From assembly GCA_012295275.1 (NCBI GenBank), contig CM022665.1:30690001-30754000 (forward strand): a stretch of DNA of 64,000 nucleotides, written 5' to 3'. Shown one piece after another: positions 27,901 through 39,463 of this stretch. The notes beneath the pieces were generated by a model. It did not search any database and was not told the origin of the DNA. It saw only the letters and a program-made list of their open reading frames with translations. The stretch is from Chrysomallon squamiferum (Eukaryota; Animalia; Mollusca). The position numbers and the translations under genes are program-made. Each line of letters begins with the position of its first letter. The stretch's first letter is position 1.

Positions 27901-30900
27901 CATTTGATACTTAATTCTCTTGACAAATATCCATCACAGTTGATTTCTGTAAAGCAGGAGTATATTTGCATTGGTGTTGTTAATCCAACCAATTGAGTGG
28001 TTAATGGTTTATGCATTTACTTGGTGACATCTTTAATATTACACATTCAAATTATCTTTTGTTAAATCTAGTGTGGGTTAAAGTTCGTTATTTACACATT
28101 CAAATTTCTTTTGTTAAACTTTGGATAAAAAAAAATTACATACAACAGTACTGAATTTTCTCGTGTAGTAAAAAATAATTTTGAGTGAATTCAGCAGTAG
28201 TAATTTATGAGGTTTTTTATTTTCATGAAAATAATAGTAAAAAAATATTCTTATTGTTTTTTTTTTTTTTTTTTTTTCTTAAAGAAAATTAAAACTGAAT
28301 ATCTGGTCTTTTTTTTTTTTTAATAAACAGGTGTAATGACTTTTACTATTTTAATGACTGTTTTCTAATATTTTGGTGGGTGTTTTTGGGTTTTTTTTTT
28401 TTTCCATTTATATCTTGTGGCTGTTTTGCATTTGATACTTAATTCTCTTGATAAATAGTCTTGACAGTTGACTACAAAACTAAGAAACTCCTCTTCAGAA
28501 CTTCGATAGGCACTGTAATTTGAATTGTACAAAAAAAGAAGAAGAAAAACAGATTAATTCAAGGCTAATTATTTTTCTCGTTAAGTATAAAATAATTCCC
28601 AGTTGTTCATTGGTGGTGAATTGTGAGGTTCATCATTTTCAGGAAAATTATTATTTTTTTTTTTTTTTTTCTCTGTAACTGGTTAATTAAGAGTATATGT
28701 GCACATTTGAATATCTTTGCTTAAATATAATGTGGATTAAATTATGTTATTCAAGTCTTTGAAGGAAAAAGTGATGAAGCAAGGCTAGTGAATTTTCTCA
28801 TGTCCAGTAAAAAATAACTTTCAGTCTATGCATCAATGGCAAATTGTGAAGTTTCATTGCCTTCACATAGAACATACATCACTTCTGGGTTCATTTTTGT
28901 AGATTAGGAGTATATTTGCATTTGCTGTTGTTAATCCAACCAGTTGAGTGGTTAATGGTTTATGCTTCTAGTTGGTGACATCTTTAATATTACACATTCA
29001 GTTATCTTTGGTTAAAAAAAAAATCTTTTGTGGGCAGTTAAAGCCATTATTTGTAACTTTTGGATAAAAGAAATTATATACAAGACTACTGAATTTTCTA
29101 CTGCTTAAAAATTATTTTCTCCTATAAATAATTTTGTCGGGAAAGCATTTGTCCATTTCTGTAATGTTAATTTGGTATTTAAATCACTTTAATATATTTT
29201 GCAGGTTCTTGAAAAAAAGAAGAAAAAACACCCTTGTTAAATCAAGGCTAATTATTTTTCTCATGCAGTGTAAAATAATTCCCTGTCCACCAATGGTATA
29301 TGAAGAGTATACGTGCACATTCGAATATCTTTGTTTTCTAATATTTTGGTGACTGTTTTTGGTGGGTTTTTTTTTTTTTTTGCCATTTATATCTTGTGGC
29401 TGTTTTGCATTTGATACTTAATTCTCTTGACAAAAATCCATTGACAGTTAATTTCTGTAAAGCAGGAGTATATTTGCATTGGTGTTGTTAATCCAACCAA
29501 TTGAGTGGTTAATGGTTTATGCATTTACTTGGTGACATCTTTAATATTACACATTCAAATTATCTTTTGTTAAATCTTGTGTGGGTTAAAGTTCGTTATA
29601 CGCAACTTTTGGATAAAAAAAAAAATTACATACAAGAGTACTGAATTTTCTTGTGTAGTAAAAAATAATTTTGAGTGAATTCAGCAGTAGTAATTTATGA
29701 GGTTTTTTATTTTCATGAAAATAATAGTAAAAAAAATATTCTTATTGTTTTTTATTTATTTATTTATTTTTTTTCTTAAAGAAAATTAAAACTGAATATC
29801 TGGTCTTTTTTTTTTTAATAAACAGGTGTAATGACTTTTACTATTTTAATGACTGTTTTCTAATATTTTGGTGGGTGTTTTGGGGTTTTTTTTTTTTTTT
29901 TTCCATTTATATCTTGTGGCTGTTTTGCATTTGATACTTAATTCTCTTGATAAATAGTCTTGACAGTTGACTACAAAACTAAGAAACTCCTCTTCAGAAT
30001 TTCGATAGGCACTGTAATTTGAATTGTACAAAAAAAGAAGAAGAAAAACAGATTAATTCAAGGCTAATTATTTTTCTCGTTAAGTATAAAATAATTCCCA
30101 GTTGTTCATTGGTGGTGAATTGTGAGGTTCATCATTTTCAGGAAAATTATTATTTTTTTTATTTTTTTTCTCTGTAACTGGTTAATTAAGAGTATATGTG
30201 CACATTTGAATATCTTTGCTTAAATATAATGTGGATTAAATTATGTTATTGAAGTCTTTGAAGGAGAAAGTGATGAAGCAAGGCTAGTGAATTTTCTCAT
30301 GTCCAGTAAAAAATAACTTTCAGTCTATGCATCAATGGCAAATTGTGAAGTTTCATTGCCTTCACATAGAACATACATCACTTCTGGGTTCATTTTTGTA
30401 GATTAGGAGTAAATTTGCATTTCCTGTTGTTAGTCCAACCAGTTGAGTGGTTAATGGTTTATTCTTTTAGTTGGTGACATCTTTAATATTACACATTCAG
30501 TTATCTTTCGTTAAGTCTTTTGTGGGTTAAAGTCATTATTTGTAACCTTTGGATAAAAAAGAAAATGTCATACAATACTATTGAATTTTGTGAGGCAGTA
30601 AAAAATAACTTTCACTCTATGCATCAATGGCAAATTGTGAAGTTTCATTGCCTTCACTTTGAGCATACATCACTTCTGGGTTCATTTTTGTAGATTAGGA
30701 GTAAATTTGCATTTCCTGTTGTTAGTCCAACCAGTTGAGTGGTTAATGGTTTAGGATTCTACTTGGTGACATCTTTAATATTACACATTCAGTTATCTTT
30801 GGTTAAGTCTTTTGTGGGTTAAAGCCATTATTTGTACCTTTTGGATAAAAGAAATTATATACAAGACTACTGAATTTTCTACTGCTGTAAAAAATAATTT

Positions 30901-33900
30901 TGTCATTTAGGAAAGCATTTGTCCATTTCTGTAATATTAATTTGGTATTTAAATCACTTTAATATATTTTGCAGGTTCTTGAAAAAAAAAAAAAAAAAAA
31001 ACCCTGGTTAAATCAAGGCTAATTATTTTTCTCATGCAGTGTAAAATAATTCCCAGTCCAGCGATGGTATATGAAGAGTATACGTGCACATTCGAATATC
31101 TTTGTTTTCTAATATTTTGGTGACTGTTTTTTGTTTTTTTTTTTTTTTCTTTTGCCATTTATCTCTTCTGGCTGTTTTGCATTTGATACTTAATTCTCTT
31201 GACAAATATCCATCACAGTTGATTTCTGTAAAGCTGGAGTATATTTGCATTGGTGTTGTTAATCCAACCAATTGAGTGGTTAATGGTTTATGCATTTACT
31301 TGGTGACATCTTTAATATTACACATTCAAATTATCTTTTGTTAAATCTTGTGTGGGTTAAAGTTCGTTATTTGCAACCTTTGGATAAAAAAAAAATTAGA
31401 TACAACAGTACTGAATTTTCTCGTGTAGTAAAAAATTTTGAGTGAATTCAGCAGTCGTAATTTATGAGGTTTTTTATCTTTCATGAAAATGATAGTAACA
31501 AAATATTCTTATTTTTTATTTTTATTATTTTGTTTTTCTTAAAGAAAATTGAAACTGAATATCTGGTCTTTTATTTTTTTTAATAAAGATGTGTAATGAC
31601 TTTTACTATTTTAATGACTGTTTTCTAATATTTTGGTGGGTGTTTTTGGGTGTTTTTTTTTTTTTTTCATTTAGATCTTGTGGCTGTTTTTCATTTGATA
31701 CTTAATTCTCTTGATAAATAGTCTTGACAGTTGACTACAAAACTAAGAAACTCCTCTTCAGAATTTCGATAGGCACTGTAATTTGAATTGTACAAAAAAA
31801 GAAGAAAAACAGATTAATTCAAGGCTAATTATTTTTCTCGTTAAGTATAAAATAATTCCCAGTTGTTCATTGGTGGTGAATTGTGAGGTTCATCATTTTC
31901 AGGAAAATTATTATTTTTTTTTTTTTTTTTTCTCTGTAACTGGTTAATTAAGAGTATATGTGCACATTTGAATATCTTTGCTTAAATATAATGTGGATTA
32001 AATTATGTTATTCAAGTCTTTGAAGGAAAAAGTGATGAAGCAAGGCTAGTGAATTTTCTCGTGTCCAGTAAAAAATAACTTTCAGTCTATGCATCAATGG
32101 CAGCTTGTGAAGTTTCATTGCCTTCACATAGAACATACATCACTTCTGGGTTCATTTTTGTAGATTAGGAGTATATTTGCATTTCCTGTTGTTAATCCAA
32201 CCAGTTGAGTGGTTAATGGTTTATGCTTCTAGTTGGTGACATCTTTAATATTACACATTCAGTTATCTTTGGTTAAGTCTTTTGTGGGTTAAAGTCATTA
32301 TTTGTAACCTTTGGATAAAAAAAAATGTCATACAATACTATTGAATTTTGTGAGGCAGTAAAAAATAACTTTCACTCTATGCATCAATGGCAAATTGTGA
32401 AGTTTCATTGCCTTCACTTTGAACATACATCACTTCTGGGTTCATTTTTGTAGATTAGGAGTAAATTTGCATTTCCTCTTGTTAATCCAACCAGTTGAGT
32501 GGTTAATGGTTTATGCTTCTAGTTGGTGACATCTTTAATATTACACATTCAATTATCTTTGGTTAAGTCTTTTGTGGGTTAAAGCCATTATTTGTAACTT
32601 TTGGATAAAAGAAATTATATACAAGACTACTGAATTTTCTCAAGCTGTAAAAAATAATGTTCTCCTATAGGAAAGCATTTGTCCATTTCTGTAATGTTAA
32701 TTTGGTATTTAAATCACTTTAATATATTTTGTAGGTTCTTGAAAAAAAAACAAGAAAAAAAACACCCTGGTTAAATCAAGGCTTATTATTTTTCTCATGC
32801 AGTGTAAAATAATTCCCAATGCACCGATGGTATATGAAGAGTATACGTGCACATTCGAATATCTTTGCTTAAGTAATGTGGATTGCATTTTTTTATTCAA
32901 GTCTTTGAAGGAAAAAGTGATGAAGCAAGACTAGTGAAATTTCTTATGTCCAGTACGAAATAACTTTCAGTCTATGCATCAATGGCAAAATGTGAAATTT
33001 CATTGCCTTCACGTAGAACATACATCACTTCTGGGTTCATTTTTGTAGATTAGGAGTATATTTGCATTTCCTGTTGTTAGTCCAACCAGTTGAGTGGTTA
33101 ATGGTTTATGCTTCTAGTTGGTGACATCTTTAATATTACACATTCAGTTATCTTTGGTTAAGTCTTTTGTGGGTTAAAGCCATTATTTGTAACCTTTGGA
33201 TAAAAAAAAATGTCATACAATACTATTGAATTTTCTCAAGCTGTAAAAAATAATGTTCTCCTATAGGAAAGCATTTGTCCATTTCTGTAATGTTAATTTG
33301 GTATTTAAATCACTTTAATATATTTTGTAGGTTCTTGAAAAAAAAACTAGAAAAAAAACACCCTGGTTAAATCAAGGCTTATTATTTTTCTCATGCAGTG
33401 TAAAATAATTCCCAATGCACCAATGGTATATGAAGAGTATACGTGCACATTCGAATATCTTTGCTTAAGTAATGTGGATTGCATTTTTTTATTCAAGTCT
33501 TTGAAGGAAAAAGTGATGAAGCAAGACTAGTGAAATTTCTCATGTCCAGTAAAAAATAACTTTCAGTCTATGCATCAATGGCAAAATGTGAAATTTCATT
33601 GCCTTCACGTAGAACATACATCACTTCTGGGTTCATTTTTGTAGATTAGGAGGAATTTTCTTTTTCATCTTCTATATGTATGTAGATCTATTTCTAAGAA
33701 ACAGCAATAACAGAATTGGCAGAATGAATCCTTCTATAGGAAAGTATTTGTCCATTTCTGTAATGTCAGTTTGATATTTAAATGATTTTAACATATTTTG
33801 CTGGTTCTTGAAACAAACAAAAACTGAGAAAAATAAAAACTTATGAATTGAAGGCTAATTATTTTTCTGATGGAATGTAAAATAATTCCCAGTTGTTCAT

Positions 33901-36007
33901 CGGTGGTGAATTGTGAGGTTCATCATTTTCAGGAAAATTATTGGTTTTTTTCTTCGTTCTCTGTGACTGGTTAATTAAGAGTATATGTGGACATTCGATT
34001 ATCTTTGCTTAAATCTAACGTGGATTAAATTATGTTATTCAAATCTTTGAAGGAAAAAGTGATGATGCAAGGCTAGTGAATTTTTTCATGTCCAGTAAAA
34101 AATATAACTTTCAGTGTATGTATTAATGGCAAATTGTGAAGTTTCATTGCCTTCACATAGAAGATCCATCCTTTTTGGGTTCATTTCTGTAAAGTAGGAG
34201 TATGTTTGCATTTGCTGTTGTTAATCCAACCAGTTGAGTGGTTAATGGTTTATTCTTCTACTTGTTGACATCTTTAGTATTACACATTCAATTATCTTTA
34301 GTTAAATCTAGTGTGGGTTAAAGTCTGTTATTCACAACTTTTGTATAAAAAAAAAATTATATACAAGTCTATTGAATTTTCTGGTGCAGTAAAAAATAAT
34401 TTTACGTGAATGCAGGAGTGGTAATTTCTGAGCTTTTTTGTCTTTCATGAAAATAATTTTTATTATTAATGGGGTTTTTTCTTTCCTGAAAAAGAAAATT
34501 AAAAAGCGTCAGCATATGGATTTTTTGTGGGTTTTTTTAGTAAACATGTATAATGACTTTTACTGTTTCAATGATGACTGTTTTCTAATTTTTGTATTTA
34601 TTTTTTTTTTTTTTTTTTTTGACAGTTGACTATAAAACTCAGAAACTCCTCTTCAGAATCACTTTCTGGTAACATTTAGATAGCCACTGTAATTTGAATT
34701 GGGAAAAAAAAAAAAAAAAAAAAAAATTTTATAGAATTAGTAAGAAATTATTTTAATATAATAAATTTGAATATATTTTTCTTGAACTTCTAGACGTAAT
34801 TTTCAGTTTTAACTAGTTTAACAGTTTTACATAATAACTTATGTCGTTTAAAATAATGAATTTGTGAAAGAATATTTTGTTCTTAAGAAAAAATCTAGTC
34901 CATTATTTTCAGATTGATATTATTATAATGTACGTTAATTCATGAGAATATCCGTAAAGAGGCTTTAGGTGTGGATAACTCTATTTACACTGACTTTTGA
35001 AGTGTGCACAAAACAGAATTTTTGTTTTTCATCCCGTATATCTATGTAGATCTATTTCTTAGAAACAGCAATATCAGAATTGGTAGAATGAATCCTCCTA
35101 TAGGAAAGAATTCGTCAATTTGTGTAATGTCGGTGCAGTATTTAAATCATATTAATATATTGTGCGGTGTCTTGAAGTAAAAACCAAAAACCCAAACCAG
35201 ATTAATTCAAGGCTAATTATTTTTCTCATGCAGTGTAAAATAATTCCCAGTTGTTTATTGGTGGTTCATCATTTTCATGAAAATTATTAATATTATTTTT
35301 TTTTTTTTTCTTCTCTGTAACTGGTTAATTAAGAGTATATGTGCACATTCGAATATCTTTGCTTAAATCTAATATGGATTAATGTTTCATTGCCTTCATA
35401 TAGAAGATTGATGTTGTTTCACTTCATTTCTGTAAAATAGGAGTATGTTTGCATTTGCTGTTGTTAATCCAACCAATTGAGTGGTTTATGCGTTTACTTA
35501 GTGACATCTTTAATATTACACATTCAATTATCTTAGTTAAATCAAGTGTGGGCTAAAGTCCGTTATTCGGAACTTTTGGATAAAAAAATGACATGCAAGA
35601 CTATTGAATTTTGTCGTTGAGTAAAAAAAAAAAATTTAGTGAATTCAGCAGTGGTAATTTCTTAGCTTTTTTCTCTCATGAATATAATTTTAAATTTTTT
35701 TTTTGTTTTCTTTTTTTTTTTTACGGAGTTGGGGGTTTTCTTTCTTTTCTTTTTTTAAACACATTTTCTAATATTTTTCTGGGGTTTTTTTGTTTTGTTT
35801 TTATGTTGTCTTTGTTTTTGTTTTTTTGTTGTGTTTTTCTTCATTTATTTGATGTGGCTGTTTTCCTTTCGATACTTAATTGAACAGAAAAGTCAGAAAT
35901 TCCTTTTCAGAATGGCTTTCTGGTTTTCTTAAGAGAAAATTTTGAACTGAAAAAAATAAAAAATGTTGTTTTTTTGTGGGTTTTGGGGGGGTGTTGGGTT
36001 TTTTTTT

Positions 36008-36143
36008 CAATTCAAATTACAGTGGCTATCTAAATGTTACCAGAAAGGGATTCTGAAGAGGAGTTTCTGAGTTTTGTAGTCAACTGTCAAGAGTATTTGT
36101 CAAGAAAATTAAGTATCAAAGGCAAAACAGTCCCAATAAATAA
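36008..36143 (-). repeat. Inverted copy of a macrosatellite segment
   Basis: CAATTCAAATTACAGTGGCTATCTAAATGTTACCAGAAAG...GAAGAGGAGTTTCTGAGTTTTGTAGTCAACTGTC is the near-exact reverse complement of 34621-34701. Confidence 0.93.
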
Positions 36144-37667
36144 CAAAAAAGAGATTATTTTAATATAATGTAATCTATTTTTCGTGAATTTCTAGACATA
36201 TTTATCAGTTTTCACTTGTTTAACAGTTTTACTTAAAATATAAAGTCATTTGAAATAATGAATTTGTGAGAGAGAATGTTTTGTTCTTGCGAAAAAACTT
36301 TTTCGATTATTTTCAGTGTGATTTACGTTGATTGATCAGGATCCATTGTTGAGAGAAATTTTTTTTTTTTTGTAATTTATGAAGTTATTTACACGTTAAC
36401 ATGTTATACAGATCAGCCACAGGATCAAGAAATAAAGCAATTCACAATATTTTTCTGTTTTCTGTTATGAGCAATTTTAGTCGTTTTGCTTGCATTCCGC
36501 TTATACATCCCTTCTTACTCAAACCCATTAACAGGAAGTAACATCTCTGTTCTGTTAAAAAGTAACAATAAAAATATATTTCTCTTTATTAAACATTCTT
36601 GCCATCACATATTCCATTTGTACTTTATAAATGAAACTGATGAGGAAGATTGTTTTACGAATATGATTCTATTACCCACAAAACCTGAATCGGCTGGGAA
36701 TTGCTATCTTTTGCCAGCTCGGCGCAGAGACAGTGTTGTTCAAAAGAGCATGTAATGTTTACCACGATAAAGAGCAACGTTTCTTTTTTCCCCCATGTAC
36801 TGCTTGTTTTTAGTTTTATGCAAGTGTGCTATTTTATTTTATATTAAATTTTTATTCCCCACCCACCCGAAGACTCATGCTTGTCATATAGTGTTAGATT
36901 TTCTTATTAGAAATATATTTCAAAATACCCGTTGCAAAATACCCGTCTCAGGTTTATTTCCCAAAATAGTTTCACGAAGCATGGATTTTCCTTCAAAACA
37001 ACCTTCTTTTCAAAAATCGATCAGAATATTGTTTCGTAATCTTAATGAACAGTTTTTTGAACTGACAAGCTGAAGGAATAATAATAATAAAAACATTTTG
37101 GCGAGTACCCGATAGTTGTCAGATGATGTCAACCTCAAATGATCGCATGTGGAAACTAGATAATCATCAGGGACTTGATAAGTGCCCTTGAGAAATACAA
37201 CTGAAATCTATCTTTTTTAGCGTATTGCTCTATTAAGACAGGCTAGTAAAATTAAAGATAGCTTGTCGTGCAAGCGTGATCGGTCATTTGCCCCCCCCCC
37301 CCACTCCCCAGTTAACATCCTACCATGTTTGTGGTTTGAAGTATATTGTAAAATCTTTTTACACAGGTCTTTTCATGCTAAACATGTTAGTGATGTTTGT
37401 ATTATAAAAATCGGATTATAATTATAGATTTTATTCCATAATAAAATATTGCCAATTTCTGGGCTTTAGATGAATGTGGAAAAAATTGTTAAATGCTGGA
37501 AGTCTGTGCATTTTCAAGCTTTTGTGTATAATATTGTGAAAAACAACTGGCAAAATTAGCATTTTCTCAAAACGGAATTTTATTTTATTTTATTTATTTA
37601 TTTATTTTTTTTAATACTTAAAAATTGGAATAAAGATAGAATTTTTTTTAAATAAAACGTTCTATAA

Positions 37668-37922
37668 CGGTCATGGGCTTTCACAAGGAAAATAGCGTTA
37701 ATTCAAATTTTATAAAATGAGTCTATTTTGTATCTACTAATATACTAAAATACATGTAATTTTTTTAAATTATAACAGTTCCTGGAGTAAATGAAAATGA
37801 AAAATATCTTAAAATAAACTCTACGTAAAAACAAAAAATCGCCTAAATTAATACCTGCGGCCCGCCCGAGGATGGACTATGTCTCATGTGGCCTGCTTCT
37901 CGAAAAAGGTTGCCCATACCTG
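37668..37922. mobile_element. Non-autonomous hAT-type DNA transposon (255 bp) with 8-bp target-site duplication
   Basis: Identical TTCTATAA at 37660-37667 and 37923-37930. Right end GCGGCCCGC...AAAAAGGTTGCCCATACCTG is hAT-like. Left end CGGTCATGGGC matches its reverse complement CAGGTATGGGC at 8/11 positions. Confidence 0.75.
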
Positions 37923-39463
37923 TTCTATAACATATGGAGTAAATTACAGTTAATGTTCCAAAATGGAATTTTGGGTGCCAATACCTGGCATAATAATTAA
38001 TATTTAATAAGAAAATAATCTATATAAAAAGGGAATAGTTCAGTGATGTTCTGTTGTGATATGGTTCATTTATTACAGGATCAGTTGTTATTTCTGAACT
38101 GTTTTCCGGGAAGACTAGTGACCAGAAGCGAATATTTACGGAACATAGCGCATATGGCAAGCAATGAAATTGCACCCATGTTCAAACATCTGACTTCCAT
38201 CTTTTAGATAACTTTACCATAACGATCAGTTTAAAAATATCAGTTTTGTTTAATAGAAAGTGATAAGTGGCGCCCAGGGAACGTACCATACCTGTCGTAC
38301 TTTATCTCTAGCGTCAAAGATAGCAAGCTTTTTCACTTCATTCATTATAAATAATCATAATAAGAATTTAGAAACAAAAAAATTAAATAATAATAATAAT
38401 AATAATAAAAATATAAAAAAGAAGAAAACAAAACAAAACATATATATATATATAACAAAAATAAGTGCCAGTATTAGTTTCAAACTTTTTTGAACAAAAA
38501 TTCATTCCTCGATAAAAATAAATGCAAATGATATCCAAATAACGTTAAATATTTGATTTCCTCTTCTCGTCAGATACCTTTCCCATGCAAAGTGGAACAC
38601 ATATTAAACATTTCGATTAAAAGTATTTGAAATATTTTTGTAATTTACCACCGATAATGTTTACTTTGTTAATTCCGTTATGCAGTTAACACGATGTTTT
38701 CAAAAGACAGGCACTTTTTGACCAATTACATAATTTTCTGTACGTGCTTTTATGAATAATAATAATAAAAAATAAAAATAATTTAATAATAATAAATAAA
38801 GAAATAAAGAAATAAAAATTAAAATGTCCTTTTTTTTGTCTTTCTTTCTTTCTTTTGCAAAATAATCTCACTTAATCTAGAATGCAAGAGTGTGTTAATA
38901 ACGCTTTGCAACGGAAAAATACAATTAGAGTTATTAACGTTTTGGTCTGGTATTAAGACTTAATAAAGGGATAATCTTGTAAATCTGTTTTTCCAACTGT
39001 ACTTACGTAGCTATAACAAAAGGCTTGTGCATGAACTCAAAATATGCGTGCCAGTAATATTTGTCATATGTTATCTTGTTCATAATTACCATATAACTAA
39101 AGCATTGTGAAAGAAAATGTTCTAAGTGTAAGTTCAAACGTTATTTCAGACCGATAGTGCAGAATTGGGTAAGTTAGATGAAATATATTTCTAATCTATT
39201 CAAGGAAATATCAGCATAAATTAGAATAAATAAATACAAATTTCTTTTCACGAATATAGAATTTGCTCAGTTGATAATACACCGAAAAACGATAACGTCG
39301 CCAAGTGAAATAATTTACATGGGAATCAACTTTCGAACACTGGTCGTACGTGGAAAACAAACGTGAAGGTGGAACTATTTAAATACATTTTCAAAACATT
39401 TGTTTTAAGAAAAGGAAAACAAATAAATATTTTTAAAAATTAGTAAAGCACAAAGCGAACAAA

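Larger units (their letters stand above)
12720..36320. repeat. Macrosatellite: ~12 homogeneous units of ~1.46-1.77 kb (core ~14.3-33.65 kb) plus degenerate flanking units
   Basis: The marker GGAAAGCATTTGTCCATTTCTGTAAT recurs at ~15022, 16502, 18265, 19728, 21195, 22669, 24150, 25923, 27627, 29140, 30910, 32670 and 33266. Near-identical short ORFs recur in the ORF track. Copies differ mostly in homopolymer lengths. Confidence 0.98.

Noticed and set aside
15032-32900. Recurrent 60-110 aa ORFs on both strands (MSISVMLIW..., MHKPLTTQ..., MYNSNYS...) as a tandem gene family
   Set aside because: They are translations of the macrosatellite. Frames shift freely at homopolymers between copies, many start at non-ATG codons, and there is no sign of frame conservation.
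14320-33650. Array as an snRNA, SL-RNA, 5S or histone tandem cluster, or a CRISPR array
   Set aside because: No recognisable U-snRNA, 5S, tRNA or histone sequence in the unit; no repeat/unique-spacer structure; eukaryotic context.
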